Source: Eledone cirrhosa (lineage: Eukaryota). Taken from it: 64,000 nucleotides of DNA. The stretch spans positions 52,452,001-52,516,000 of the forward strand of contig OZ024746.1 in assembly GCA_964016885.1 (NCBI GenBank), read 5' to 3'. Under the pieces are notes generated by a model. That model made no database searches. It was not told where the DNA came from and saw nothing but the letters and a program-made list of their open reading frames with translations. Position 1 is the first letter of the stretch; every line of letters begins with the position of its first letter. This document shows positions 1 to 14,200 of this stretch, piece after piece. The position numbers and the translations under genes are program-made.

Positions 1-699
1 TGTTGTTGTAGTTAGTGGTTGCTGTGATGGTAGTGTTGTTGTTGTTATTGTAGTTAGTGGTTGCTGTGATGATAGTGTTGTTGTTGTTGTTATTGTATTT
101 AGTGGTTGCTGTGATGGTAGTGTTGTTGTTGTTATTGTAGTTAGTGGTTGCTGAGATGCTAGTGTTGTTGTTGTTGTTATTGTAGTTAGTAGTTGCTGTG
201 ATGGTAGTGTTGTTGGTGTTATTGTAGTTAGTGGTTGCTGAGATGGTAGTGCTGTTGTTGTTGTTGTTATTGTATTTAGTGGTTGCTGTGATGGTAGTGT
301 TGTTGTTGTAGTTATTGTAGTTAGTGGTTACTGTGATGGTAGTGTTGTTGTTGTTATTGTAGTTAGTGGTTGCTGTGATGGTAGTGTTGTTGTTGTTGTT
401 GTAGTTAGTGGTTGCTGTGATGGTAGTGTTGTTGTTGTTGTAGTTAGTGGTTGCTGTGATGGTAGTGTTGTTGTTGTTATTGTAGTTAGTGGTTGCTGAG
501 ATGGTAGTGTTGTTGTTGTTATTGTAGTTAGAGATTGATAAGTTGGTAGTGTTGTTGTTGTTATTGTAGTTAGTGGTTGCTGTGATGGTAGTGTTGTTGT
601 TGTTATTGTAGCTAGTGGTTGCTGAGATGGTAGTGTTGTTGTTGTTGTTATTGTAGTTAGTGGTTGCTATGATGGTAGTGTTGTTGTTGTTGCTATTGG

Positions 700-736
<37 letters not shown>

Positions 737-853
737 ATTGTAGTCAGTTGTTGCTGAGATGGTAGTGTTGTTGTTGTTGTATTGTAGTTAGGGGTTGCTG
801 AGATGGTAGTGTTGTTGTTGTTATTGTAGTTAGTGGATGCTGTGATGGTACTC

Positions 854-886
<33 letters not shown>

Positions 887-3800
887 TTGTAGTCAGTTGT
901 TGCTGAGATGGTAGTGTTGTTGTTGTTATTGTAGTTAGTGGTTGCTGAGATGGTAGTGTTGTTGTTGTTATTGTAGTTAGTGGTTGCAGTGATGGTACTG
1001 TTGTTGTTGTTGTTATTGTAGTTAGTGGTTGCTGTGATGGTAGTGTTGTTGTTGTTATTCTAGTTAGTGGTTGCTGTGATGGTAATGTTGTTGTTGTTGT
1101 CATTGTTATTGTAGTTAGTGGTTGTTGTTATTGTAGTTAGTGGTTGCTGTGATGGTAGTGTTGTTGTTGTTGTTATTGTTATTGTAGTTAGTGGTTGTTG
1201 TGATGGTAGTGTTGTTATTATTGTTATTGTAGTTAGAGGTTGCTGTGATGGGAGTGTTGTTGTTATTCTAGTTAGTGGTTGCTGTGATGCTAGTGTTGTT
1301 GTTGTTGTTATTGTTATTGTAGTTAGTGGTTGTTGTGATCGTAGTGTTGTTGTTATTGTTATTGTAGTTAGTGGTTGTTGTGCTGGTAGTGTTGTTGTTG
1401 TTATTGTAGTGAGAGGTTGCTGAGATGGTAGTGTTGTTGTTGTTGTTATTGTAGTTAGTGGTTGCTGTGATGGTAGTGTTGTTTTTGTTATTGTAGTTAG
1501 TGGTTGCTGTGATGCTAGTGTTGTTGTTGTTATTGTAGTTAATGGTTGCTGTGATGGTAGCGTTGTTGTTGTTGTTATTGTAGTTAGTGGTTGCTGTGAT
1601 GCTAGTGTTGTTGTTGTTATTATTGTTATTGTAGTTAGAGGTTGCTGCGATGGTAGTGTTGTTGTTGTTGTTATTGTAGTTAGTGGTTGTTGTGATGGTA
1701 GTGTTGTTGTTGTTATTCTTATTAGTGGTTGCTGTGTTGGTAGTGTTGTTGTTGTTATTGTAGTTCGTGGTTGCTGAGATGATAGTGTTGTTATTGTAGT
1801 AATTGTAGTTAGTTGTTGCTGAGATGGTAGTGTTGTTGTTGTTGTTATTGTAGTTAGTGGTTGCTCAGATAGTCGTGGTGTTGTTGTTGTTATTGTAGTT
1901 AGTGGTTTCTCAGATGGTCATGTTGTTGTTGTTGTTATTGTAGTTAGTGGTTGCTGAGATGGTAGTGTTGTTGTTGTTGTAATTGTAGTTATTTGTTGCT
2001 GAGATGGTGGTGTTGTTGTTGTTGTTATTGTAGTTAGTGGTTGCTGAGATGGTAGTGTTGTTGTTGTTGTTATTGTAGTTAGTGGTTGCTCAGATGGTCG
2101 TGTTGTTGTTGTTGTTATTGTAGTTAGTGGTTGCTGAGATGGTAGTGTTGTTATTGTTGTTCTTGTAGTTAGTGGTTCCTGAGATGGTCGTGTTGTTGTT
2201 GTTGGTATTGTAGTTAATGGTTGCTGAGATGGTAGTGTTGTTGTTATTGTTATTGTAGTTAGTGGTTCCTGAGATGGTCGTGTTGTTGTTTTTGTTCTTG
2301 TAGTTAGTGGTTCCTGAGATGGTCGTGTTGTTGTTGTTGTTATTGTAGTTAGTGGTTGCTGTGATGGTAGTGTTGTTGTTGTTATTTTAGTTAGTGGTTG
2401 CTGTGGTGGTAGTGTTGTTGTTGTTATTATAGTTAGTGGTTGCTGTGATGGTAGTGTTGTTGTTGTTATTGTAGTTAGTGGTTGCTGTGATGGTAGTGTT
2501 GTTGTTCTTATTGTAGTTAGTGGTTGCTGTGATGGTAGTGTTGTTGTTGTTGCTATTGTAGTTAGAGGATGCCGTGATGGTAGTGTTGTTGTTGTTGTTA
2601 TTGTAGTTAGTGGGTGAAGTGATGGTAGTGTTGTAGTTGTTGTTATTGTAGTTAGAGGTTGCTGTGATGGTAGTGTTGTTGTTGTTATTGTAGTTAGTGG
2701 TTACTGTGATGGTAGTGTTGTTGTTGTTGTCATTGTAGTTAGTGGTTGTTGTGATGGTAGTGTTGTTGTTGTTATTCTTGTTAGTGGTTGCTGTGGTGGT
2801 AGTGTTGTTGTTGTTATTGTAGTTAGTGGTTGCCGTGATGGTAGTGTTGTTGTTGTTGTTATTGTATTTAGTGGTTGCTGTGATGGTAGTGTTGTTGTTG
2901 TTGTTATTGTAGTTAGTGGTTGCTGAGATGCTAGTGTTGTTGTTGTTGTTATTGTAGTTAGTAGTTGCTGTGATGGTAGTGTTGTTGGTGTTATTGTAGT
3001 TAGTGGTTGCTGAGATGGTAGTGCTGTTGTTGTTGTTGTTATTGTATTTAGTGGTTGTTGTGATGGTAGTGTTGTTGTTGTAGTTATTGTAGTTAGTGGT
3101 TACTGTGATGGTAGTGTTGTTGTTGTTATTGTAGTTAGTGGTTGCTGTGATGGTAGTGTTGTTGTTGTTGTTGTAGTTAGTGGTTGCTGTGATGGTAGTG
3201 TTGTTGTTGTTGTAGTTATTGGTTGCTGTGATGGTAGTGTTGTTGTTGTTATTGTAGTTAGTGGTTGCTGAGATGGTAGTGTTGTTGTTGTTATTGTAGT
3301 TAGAGATTGCTGAGATGGTAGTGTTGTTGTTGTTATTGTAGTTACTGGTTGCTGTGATGGTAGGGTTGTAGTTGTTATTGTAGCTAGTGGTTGCTGTGAT
3401 GGTAGTGTTGTTGTTGTTGTTATTGTAGTTAGTGGTTGCTATGATGGTAGTGTTGTTGTTGTTGTTATTTTTGTTGTTGTTGTTGTTGTTGTTATTGTAG
3501 TCAGTCGTTGCTGAGATGGTAGTGTTGTTGTTGTTATTGTAGTTAGTGGTTGCTGAGATGGTAGTGTTGTTGTTGTTATTGTAGTTAGTGGTTGCTGTGA
3601 TGGTAGTGTTGTTGTTGTTATTGTAGTTAGTGGTTGCTGTGATGGTAGTGTTGTTGTTGTTATTGTAGTTAGTGGTTGCTGTGATGGTAGTGTTGTTGTT
3701 ATTGTTATTGTAGTTAGAGGTTGCTGCGATGGTAGTGTTGTTGTTGTTGTTATTGTAGTTAGTGGTTGTTGTGATGGTAGTGTTGTTGTTGTTATTTTAG

Positions 3801-5085
3801 TTAGTGGTTGCTGTGATGGTAGTGTTGTTGTTGTTATTTTAGTTAGTGGTTGCTGTGATGGTAGTGTTGTTGTTGTTATTGTAGTTAGTGGTTGCTGTGA
3901 TGGTAGTGTTGTTGTTGTTGTTGTAGTTAGTGGTTGCTGTGATGGTAGTGTTGTTGTTATTGTAGATAGTGGTTGCTGAGATGATAGTGTTGTTGTTGTT
4001 ATTGTAGTTAGTGGTTGCTGTGATGGTAGTTTTGTTGTTGTTGTTATTGTAGTTAGAGGTTGCTGTGATGGTAGTGTTGTTGTTGTTGCTATTGTAGTTA
4101 GAGGTTGCTGTGATGGTAGTGTTGTTGTTGTTGTTATTGTAGTTAGAGGTTGCTGTGATGGTAGTGTTGTTGTTGTTATTGTAGTTAGTGGTTGCTGTGA
4201 TGGTAGTGTTGTTGTTGTTGTTATTGTAGTTAGTGGTTGTTGTGATGGTAGTGTTGTTGTTGTTATTCTTGTTAGTGGTTGCTGTGGTGGTAGTGTTGTT
4301 GTTGTTATTGTAGTTAGTGGTTGCTGTGATGGTAGTGTTGTTGTTGTTATTGTAGTTAGTGGTTGCTGAGATGCTAGTGTTGTTGGTGTTGTTGTAGTTA
4401 GTGGTTGCTGTGATGGTAGTGTTGTTGTTGTTATTGTAGTTAGTGGTTGCTGTGATGATAGTGTTGTTGTTGTTGTTATTGTATTTAGTGGTTGCTGTGA
4501 TGGTAGTGTTGTTGTTGTTATTGTAGTTAGTGGTTGCTGAGATGCTAGTGTTGTTGTTGTTGTTATTGTAGTTAGTAGTTGCTGTGATGGTAGTGTTGTT
4601 GGTGTTATTGTAGTTAGTGGTTGCTGAGATGGTAGTGCTGTTGTTGTTGTTGTTATTGTATTTAGTGGTTGCTGTGATGGTAGTGTTGTTGTTGTAGTTA
4701 TTGTAGTTAGTGGTTACTGTGATGGTAGTGTTGTTGTTGTTATTGTAGTTAGTGGTTGCTGTGATGGTAGTGTTGTTGTTGTTGTTGTAGTTAGTGGTTG
4801 CTGTGATGGTAGTGTTGTTGTTGTTGTAGTTAGTGGTTGCTGTGATGGTAGTGTTGTTGTTGTTATTGTAGTTAGTGGTTGCTGAGATGGTAGTGTTGTT
4901 GTTGTTATTGTAGTTAGAGATTGATAAGTTGGTAGTGTTGTTGTTGTTATTGTAGTTAGTGGTTGCTGTGATGGTAGTGTTGTTGTTGTTATTGTAGCTA
5001 GTGGTTGCTGAGATGGTAGTGTTGTTGTTGTTGTTATTGTAGTTAGTGGTTGCTATGATGGTAGTGTTGTTGTTGTTGCTATTGG

Positions 5086-5119
<34 letters not shown>

Positions 5120-5236
5120 ATTGTAGTCAGTTGTTGCTGAGATGGTAGTGTTGTTGTTGTTGTATTGTAGTTAGGGGTTGCTGAGATGGTAGTGTTGTTG
5201 TTGTTATTGTAGTTAGTGGATGCTGTGATGGTACTC

Positions 5237-5269
<33 letters not shown>

Positions 5270-8200
5270 TTGTAGTCAGTTGTTGCTGAGATGGTAGTGT
5301 TGTTGTTGTTATTGTAGTTAGTGGTTGCTGAGATGGTAGTGTTGTTGTTGTTATTGTAGTTAGTGGTTGCAGTGATGGTAGTGTTGTTGTTGTTGTTATT
5401 GTAGTTAGTGGTTGCTGTGATGGTAGTGTTGTTGTTGTTATTCTAGTTAGTGGTTGCTGTGATGGTAATGTTGTTGTTGTTGTTATTGTTATTGTAGTTA
5501 GTGGTTGTTGTTATTGTAGTTAGTGGTTGCTGTGATGGTAGTGTTGTTGTTGTTGTTATTGTTATTGTAGTTAGTGGTTGTTGTGATGGTAGTGTTGTTA
5601 TTATTGTTATTGTAGTTAGAGGTTGCTGTGATGGGAGTGTTGTTGTTATTCTAGTTAGTGGTTGCTGTGATGCTAGTGTTGTTGTTGTTGTTATTGTTAT
5701 TGTAGTTAGTGGTTGTTGTGATCGTAGTGTTGTTGTTATTGTTATTGTAGTTAGTGGTTGTTGTGATGGTAGTGTTGTTGTTGTTATTGTAGTGAGAGGT
5801 TGCTGAGATGGTAGTGTTGTTGTTGTTGTTATTGTAGTTAGTGGTTGCTGTGATGGTAGTGTTGTTTTTGTTATTGTAGTTAGTGGTTGCTGTGATGCTA
5901 GTGTTGTTGTTGTTATTGTAGTTAATGGTTGCTGTGATGGTAGCGTTGTTGTTGTTGTTATTGTAGTTAGTGGTTGCTGTGATGCTAGTGTTGTTGTTGT
6001 TATTATTGTTATTGTAGTTAGAGGTTGCTGCGATGGTAGTGTTGTTGTTGTTATTGTAGTTCGTGGTTGCTGAGATGATAGTGTTGTTATTGTAGTAATT
6101 GTAGTTAGTTGTTGCTGAGATGGTAGTGTTGTTGTTGTTGTTATTGTAGTTAGTGGTTGCTCAGATAGTCGTGGTGTTGTTGTTGTTATTGTAGTTAGTG
6201 GTTTCTCAGATGGTCATGTTGTTGTTGTTGTTATTGTAGTTAGTGGTTGCTGAGATGGTAGTGTTGTTGTTGTTGTAATTGTAGTTATTTGTTGCTGAGA
6301 TGGTGGTGTTGTTGTTGTTGTTATTGTAGTTAGTGGTTGCTGAGATGGTAGTGTTGTTGTTGTTGTTATTGTAGTTAGTGGTTGCTCAGATGGTCGTGTT
6401 GTTGTTGTTGTTATTGTAGTTAGTGGTTGCTGAGATGGTAGTGTTGTTATTGTTGTTCTTGTAGTTAGTGGTTCCTGAGATGGTCGTGTTGTTGTTGTTG
6501 GTATTGTAGTTAATGGTTGCTGAGATGGTAGTGTTGTTGTTATTGTTATTGTAGTTAGTGGTTCCTGAGATGGTCGTGTTGTTGTTTTTGTTCTTGTAGT
6601 TAGTGGTTCCTGAGATGGTCGTGTTGTTGTTGTTGTTATTGTAGTTAGTGGTTGCTGTGATGGTAGTGTTGTTGTTGTTATTTTAGTTAGTGGTTGCTGT
6701 GGTGGTAGTGTTGTTGTTGTTATTATAGTTAGTGGTTGCTGTGATGGTAGTGTTGTTGTTGTTATTGTAGTTAGTGGTTGCTGTGATGGTAGTGTTGTTG
6801 TTCTTATTGTAGTTAGTGGTTGCTGTGATGGTAGTGTTGTTGTTGTTGCTATTGTAGTTAGAGGATGCCGTGATGGTAGTGTTGTTGTTGTTGTTATTGT
6901 AGTTAGTGGGTGAAGTGATGGTAGTGTTGTAGTTGTTGTTATTGTAGTTAGAGGTTGCTGTGATGGTAGTGTTGTTGTTGTTATTGTAGTTAGTGGTTAC
7001 TGTGATGGTAGTGTTGTTGTTGTTGTCATTGTAGTTAGTGGTTGTTGTGATGGTAGTGTTGTTGTTGTTATTCTTGTTAGTGGTTGCTGTGGTGGTAGTG
7101 TTGTTGTTGTTATTGTAGTTAGTGGTTGCCGTGATGGTAGTGTTGTTGTTGTTGTTATTGTATTTAGTGGTTGCTGTGATGGTAGTGTTGTTGTTGTTGT
7201 TATTGTAGTTAGTGGTTGCTGAGATGCTAGTGTTGTTGTTGTTGTTATTGTAGTTAGTAGTTGCTGTGATGGTAGTGTTGTTGGTGTTATTGTAGTTAGT
7301 GGTTGCTGAGATGGTAGTGCTGTTGTTGTTGTTGTTATTGTATTTAGTGGTTGTTGTGATGGTAGTGTTGTTGTTGTAGTTATTGTAGTTAGTGGTTACT
7401 GTGATGGTAGTGTTGTTGTTGTTATTGTAGTTAGTGGTTGCTGTGATGGTAGTGTTGTTGTTGTTGTTGTAGTTAGTGGTTGCTGTGATGGTAGTGTTGT
7501 TGTTGTTGTAGTTATTGGTTGCTGTGATGGTAGTGTTGTTGTTGTTATTGTAGTTAGTGGTTGCTGAGATGGTAGTGTTGTTGTTGTTATTGTAGTTAGA
7601 GATTGCTGAGATGGTAGTGTTGTTGTTGTTATTGTAGTTACTGGTTGCTGTGATGGTAGGGTTGTAGTTGTTATTGTAGCTAGTGGTTGCTGTGATGGTA
7701 GTGTTGTTGTTGTTGTTATTGTAGTTAGTGGTTGCTATGATGGTAGTGTTGTTGTTGTTGTTATTTTTGTTGTTGTTGTTGTTGTTGTTATTGTAGTCAG
7801 TTGTTGCTGAGATGGTAGTGTTGTTGTTGTTATTGTAGTTAGTGGTTGCTGAGATGGTAGTGTTGTTGTTGTTATTGTAGTTAGTGGTTGCTGTGATGGT
7901 AATGTTGTTGTTGTTGTTATTGTTATTGTAGTTAGTGGTTGCTGAGATGGTAGTGTTGTTGTTGTTATTGTAGTTAGTGGTTGCAGTGATGGTAGTGCTG
8001 TTGTTGTTGTTATTGTAGTTAGTGGTTGCTGTGATGGTAGTGTTGTTGTTGTTATTCTAGTTAGTGGTTGCTGTGATGGTAATGTTGTTGTTGTTGTTAT
8101 TGTTATTGTAGTTAGTGGTTGTTGTGATGTTTGTGTGGTTGTTGTTGTTATTGTAGTTAGTGGTTGCTGTGATGGTAGTGTTGTTGTTGTTGTTATTGTT

Positions 8201-11200
8201 ATTGTAGTTAGTGGTTGTTGTGATGGTAGTGTTGTTGTTATTGTTATTGTAGTTAGTGGTTGTTGTGATGGTAGTGTTGTTGTTGTTATTGTAGTGAGAG
8301 GTTGCTGAGATGGTAGTGTTGTTGTTGTTGTTATTGTAGTTAGTGGTTGCTGTGATGGTAGTGTTGTTGTTGTTATTGTAGTTAGTGGTTGCTGTGATGC
8401 TAGTGTTGTTTTTGTTATTGTAGTTAGTGGTTGCTGTGATGCTAGTGTTGTTGTTGTTATTGTAGTTAATGGTTGCTGTGATGGTAGTGTTGTTGTTGTT
8501 GTTATTGTAGTTAGTGGTTGCTGTGATGCTAGTGTTGTTGTTGTTATTATTGTTATTGTAGTTAGTGGTTGTTGAGATGGTTGTGTTGTTGTTATTGTTA
8601 TTGTAGTTAGAGGTTGCTGCGATGGTAGTGTTGTTGTTGTTGTTATTGTAGTTCGTGGTTGCTGAGATGATAGTGTTGTTATTGTAGTAATTGTAGTTAG
8701 TTGTTGCTGAGATGGTAGTGTTGTTGTTGTTGTAATTGTAGTTAGTTGTTGCTGAGATGGTAGTGTTGTTGTTGTTGTTATTGTAGTTAGTGGTTGCTCA
8801 GATGGTCGTGTAGTTGTTGTTGTTATTGTAGTTAGTGGTTGCTCAGATGGTCGTGTTGTTGTTGTTGTTATTGTAGTTAGTGGTTGCTGAGATGGTAGTG
8901 TTGTTGTTGTAATTGTAGTTAGTTGTTGCTGAGATGGTGGTGTTGTTGTTGTTGTTATTGTAGTTAGTGGTTGCTGAGATGGTAGTGTTGTTGTTGTTGT
9001 TATTGTAGTTAGTGGTTGCTCAGATGGTCGTGTTGTTGTTGTTGTTATTGTAGTTAGTGGTTGCTGAGATGGTAGTGTTGTTATTGTTGTTCTTGTAGTT
9101 AGTGGTTCCTGAGATGGTCGTGTTGTTGTTGTTGTTATTGTAGTTAGTGGTTGCTGAGATGGTAGTGTTGTTGTTATTGTTATTGTAGTTAGAGGTTCCT
9201 GAGATGGTCGTGTTGTTGTTGTTGTTATTGTAGTTAGTGGTTGCTGTGATGGTAGTTTTGTTGTTGTTATTATAGTTAGTGGTTGCTGTGATGGTAGTGT
9301 TGTTGTTGTTATTATAGTTAGTGGTTGCTGTGATGGTAGTGTTGTTGTTATTATTGTAGTTAGTGGTTGCTGAGATGGTAGTGTTGTTGTTGTTATTGTA
9401 GTTAGTGGTTGCTGTGATGGTAGTTTTGTTGTTGTTATTATAGTTAGTGGTTGCTGTGATGGTAGTGTTGTTGTTGTTATTGTATTTAGTGGTTGCTGAG
9501 ATGGTAGTGTTGTTGTTATTGTTATTGTAGTTAGAGGTTCCTGAGATGGTCGTGTTGTTGTTGTTGTTATTGTAGTTAGTGGTTGCTGTGATGGTAGTTT
9601 TGTTGTTGTTATTATAGTTAGTGGTTGCTGTGATGGTAGTGTTGTTGTTGTTATTATAGTTAGTGGTTGCTGTGATGGTAGTGTTGTTGTTATTATTGTA
9701 GTTAGTGGTTGCTGAGATGGTAGTGTTGTTGTTGTTATTGTAGTTAGTGGTTGCTGTGATGGTAGTTTTGTTGTTGTTATTATAGTTAGTGGTTGCTGTG
9801 ATGGTAGTGTTGTTGTTGTTATTGTAGTTAGTGGTTGCTGTGATGGTAGTGTTGTTGTTGTTGCTATTGTAGTTAGAGGATGCCGTGATGGTAGTGTTGT
9901 TGTTGTTGTTATTGTAGTTATTGGGTGAAGTGATGGTAGTGTTGTTGTTGTTGTTATTGTAGTTAGAGGTTGCTGTGATGGTAGTGTTGTTGTTGTTATT
10001 GTAGTTAGTGGTTGCTGTGATGGTAGTGTTGTTGTTGTTATTGTAGTTAGTGGTTGTTGTGATGGTAGTGTTGTTGTTGTTATTCTTGTTAGTGGTTGCT
10101 GTGGTGGTAGTGTTGTTGTTGTTATTGTAGTTAGTGGTTGCCGTGATGGTAGTGTTGTTGTTGTTGTTATTGTATTTAGTGGTTGCTGTGATGGTAGTGT
10201 TGTTGTTGTTGTTATTGTAGTTAGTGGTTGCTGAGATGCTAGTGTTGTTGTTGTTATTGTAGTTAGTGGTTGCTGTGATGGTAGTGTTGTTGTTGTTGTT
10301 ATTGTATTTAGTGGTTGTTGTGATGGTAGTGTTGTTGTTGTTGTTATTGTAATTAGTGGTTGCTGAGATGCTAGTGTTGTTGTTGTTGTTATTGTAGTTA
10401 GTTGTTGGTGTGATGGTAGTGTTGTTGGTGTTATTGTAGTTAGTGGTTGCTGAGATGGTAGTGCTGTTGTTGTTGTTGTTATTGTATTTAGTGGTTGCTG
10501 TGATGGTAGTGTTGTTGTTGTAGTTATTGTAGTTAGTGGTTACTGTGATGGTAGTGTTGTTGTTGTTATTGTAGTTAGTGGTTGCTGTGATGGTAGTGTT
10601 GTTGTTGTTGTTGTAGTTAGTGGTTGCTGTGATGGTAGTGTTGTTGTTGTTGTAGTTAGTGGTTGCTGTGATGGTAGTGTTGTTGTTGTTGTAGTTAGTG
10701 GTTGCTGAGATGGTAGTGTTGTTGTTGTTATTGTAGTTAGAGATTGCTGAGATGGTAGTGTTGTTGTTGTTATTGTAGTTAGTGGTTGCTGTGATGGTAG
10801 GGTTGTTGTTGTTATTGTAGCTAGTGGTTGCTGTGATGGTAGTGTTGTTGTTGTTGTTATTGTAGTTAGTGGTTGCTATGATGGTAGTGTTGTTGTTGTT
10901 GTTATTTTTGTTGTTGTTGTTGTTGTTGTTGTTATTGTAGTCAGTTGTTGCTGAGATGGTAGTGTTGTTGTTGTTGTAATTGTAGTTAGTTGTTGCTGAG
11001 ATGGTAGTGTTGTTGTTGTTGTTATTGTAGTTAGTGGTTGCTCAGATGGTCGTGTTGTTGTTGTTGTTATTGCAGTTAGTGGTTGCTCAGATGGTCGTGT
11101 TGTTGTTGTTGTTATTGTAGTTAGTGGTTGCTGAGATGGTAGTGTTGTTGTTGTAATTGTAGTTAGTTGTTGCTGAGATGGTGGTGTTGTTGTTGTTGTT

Positions 11201-14200
11201 ATTGTAGTTAGTGGTTGCTGAGATGGTAGTGTTGTTGTTGTTGTTATTGTAGTTAGTGGCTGCTCAGATGGTCGTGTTGTTGTTGTTGTTATTGTAGTTA
11301 GTGGTTGCTGAGATGGTAGTGTTGTTATTGTTGTTCTTGTAGTTAGTGGTTCCTGAGATGGTCGTGTTGTTGTTGTTGTTATTGTAGTTAGTGGTTGCTG
11401 AGATGGTAGTGTTGTTGTTATTGTTATTGTAGTTAGAGGTTCCTGAGATGGTCGTGTTGTTGTTGTTGTTATTGTAGTTAGTGGTTGCTGTGATGGTAGT
11501 GTTGTTGTTATTATTGTAGTTAGTGGTTGCTGAGATGGTAGTGTTGTTGTTGTTATTGTAGTTAGTGGTTGCTGTGATGGTAGTTTTGTTGTTGTTATTA
11601 TAGTTAGTGGTTGCTGTGATGGTAGTGTTGTTGTTGTTATTTTAGTTAGTGGTTGCTGTGGTGGTAGTGTTGTTGTTGTTATCGTAGTTAGTGGTTGCTG
11701 TGATGGTAGTGTTGTTGTTGTTATTATAGTTAGTGGTTGCTGTGATGGTAGTGTTGTTGTTGTTATTGTAGTTAGTGGTTGCTGTGATGGTAGTGTTGTT
11801 GTTGTTATTGTAGTTAGAGGATGCCGTGATGGTAGTGTTGTTGTTGTTGTTATTGTCGTTAGTGGGTGAAGTGATGGTAGTGTTGTTGTTGTTATTGTAG
11901 TTAGAGGTTGCTGTGATGGTAGTGTTGTTGTTGTTGTTATTGTAGTTAGTGGTTGCTGTGATGGTAGTGTTGTTGTTGTTATTCTTGTTAGTGGTTGCTG
12001 TGGTGGTAGTGTTGTTGTTGTTATCGTAGTTAGTGGTTGCTGTGATGGTAGTGTTGTTATTATAGTTAGTGGTTGCTGTGATGGTAGTGTTGTTGTTGTT
12101 ATTGTAGTTAGTGGTTGCTGTGATGGTAGTGTTGTTGTTGTTATTGTAGTTAGAGGATGCCGTGATGGTAGTGTTGTTGTTGTTGTTATTGTCGTTAGTG
12201 GGTGAAGTGATGGTAGTGTTGTTGTTGTTATTGTAGTTAGAGGTTGCTGTGATGGTAGTGTTGTTGTTGTTGTTATTGTAGTTAGAGGTTGCTGTGATGG
12301 TAGTGTTGTTGTTGTTATTCTTGTTAGTGGTTGCTGTGGTGGTAGTGTTGTTGTTGTTATTGTAGTTAGTGGTTGCTGAGATGGTAGTGCTGTTGTTGTT
12401 GTTGTTATTGTATTTAGTGGTTGCTGTGATGGTAGTGTTATTGTTGTTATTGTAGTTAGTGGTTGCTGTGATAGTAGTGTTGTTGTTGTTGTTGTAGTTA
12501 GTGGTTGCTGTGATGGTAGTGTTGTTGTTGTTGTAGTTAGTGGTTGCTGTGATGGTAGTGTTGTTGTTGTTGTATTTAGTGGTTGCTGAGATGGTAGTGT
12601 TGTTGTTGTTATTCTTGTTAGTGGTTGCTGTGGTGGTAGTGTTGTTGTTGTTATTGTAGTTCGTGGTTGCTGAGATGGTAGTGCTGTTGTTGTTGTAGTT
12701 ATTGTAGTTAGTGGTTACTGTGATGGTAGTGTTGTTGTTGTTATTGTAGTTAGTGGTTGCTGTGATAGTAGTGTTGTTGTTGTTGTTGTAGTTAGTGGTT
12801 GCTGTGATGGTAGTGTTGTTGTTGTTGTAGTTAGTGGTTGCTGTGATGGTAGTGTTGTTGTTGTTGTATTTAGTGGTTGCTGAGATGGTAGTGTTGTTGT
12901 TGTTATTGTAGTTAGAGATTGCTGAGATGGTAGTGTTGTTGTTGTTATTGTAGTTAGTGGTTGCTGTGATGGTAGGGTTGTTGTTGTTATTGTAGCTAGT
13001 GGTTGCTGTGATGGTAGTGTTGTTGTTGTTGTTATTGTAGTTAGTGGTTGCTATGATGGTAGTGTTGTTGTTGTTGTTATTTTTGTTGTTGTTGTTGTTG
13101 TTGTTATTGTAGTCAGTTGTTGCTGAGATGGTAGTGTTGTTGTTGTTATTGTAGTTAGTGGTTGCTGAGATGGTAGTGTTGTTGTTGTTATTGTGGTTAG
13201 TGGTTGCAGTGATGGTAGTGCTGTTGTTGTTGTTATTGTAGTTAGTGGTTGCTGTGATGGTAGTGTTGTTGTTGTTATTCTAGTTAGTGGTTGCTGTGAT
13301 GGTAATGTTGTAGTTGTTGTTATTGTTATTGTAGTTAGTGGTTGTTGTGATGGTAGTGTTGTTGTTGTTGTTATTGTAGTTAGTGGTTGCTGTGATGGTA
13401 GTGTTGTTGTTGTTGTTATTGTTATTGTAGTTAGTGGTTGTTGTGATGGTAGTGTTGTTGTTATTGTTATTGTAGTTAGAGGTTGCTGTGATGTGAGTGT
13501 TATTGTTGTTATTGTAGTTAGTGGTTGCTGTGATGCTAGTGTTGTTGTTGTTGTTATTGTTATTGTAGTTAGTGGTTGTTGTGATGGTAGTGTTGTTGTT
13601 ATTGTTATTGTAGTTAGTGGTTGTTGTGATGGTAGTGTTGTTGTTGTTATTGTAGTGAGAGGTTGCTGAGATGGTAGTGTTGTTGTTGTTGTTATTGTAG
13701 TTAGTGGTTGCTGTGATGGTAGTGTTGTTGTTGTTATTATAGTTAGTGGTTGCTGTGATGCTAGTGTTGTTTTTGTTATTGTAGTTAGTGGTTGCTGTGA
13801 TGCTAGTGTTGTTGTTGTTATTGTAGTTAATGGTTGCTGTGATGGTAGTGTTGTTGTTGTTGTTATTGTAGTTAGTGGTTGCTGTGATGCTAGTGTTGTT
13901 GTTGTTATTATTGTTATTGTAGTTAGTGGTTGTTGTGATGGTAGTGTTGTTGTTATTGTTATTGTAGTTAGAGGTTGCTGCGATGGTAGTGTTGTTGTTG
14001 TTGTTATTGTAGTTAGTGGTTGTTGTGATGGTAGTGTTGTTGTTGTTATTCTTATTAGTGGTTGCTGTGTTGGTAGAGTTGTTGTTGTTATTGTAGTTAG
14101 TGGTTGCTGAGATGATAGTGTTGTTATTGTAGTAATTGTAGTTAGTTGTTGCTGAGATGGTAGTGTTGTTGTTGTTGTAATTGTAGTTAGTTGTTGCTGA

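Noticed and set aside
744-1103. - strand 119-aa ORF
   Set aside because: It starts at an ATA>ATG variant and ends after a 1-bp deletion shifts the frame. It is a fragment of the repeat translation.
1118-1423. + strand ORF (VVVIVVSGCCDGS repeats), and its twin at 5501-5806
   Set aside because: It is a translation of the repeat that starts at a GTG in a truncated unit and ends at the common TGA variant. Nothing indicates it is a gene.
13193-13669. + strand 158-aa Val/Cys-rich ORF
   Set aside because: It is a chance run of units lacking the TGA variant, in the same repeat frame.
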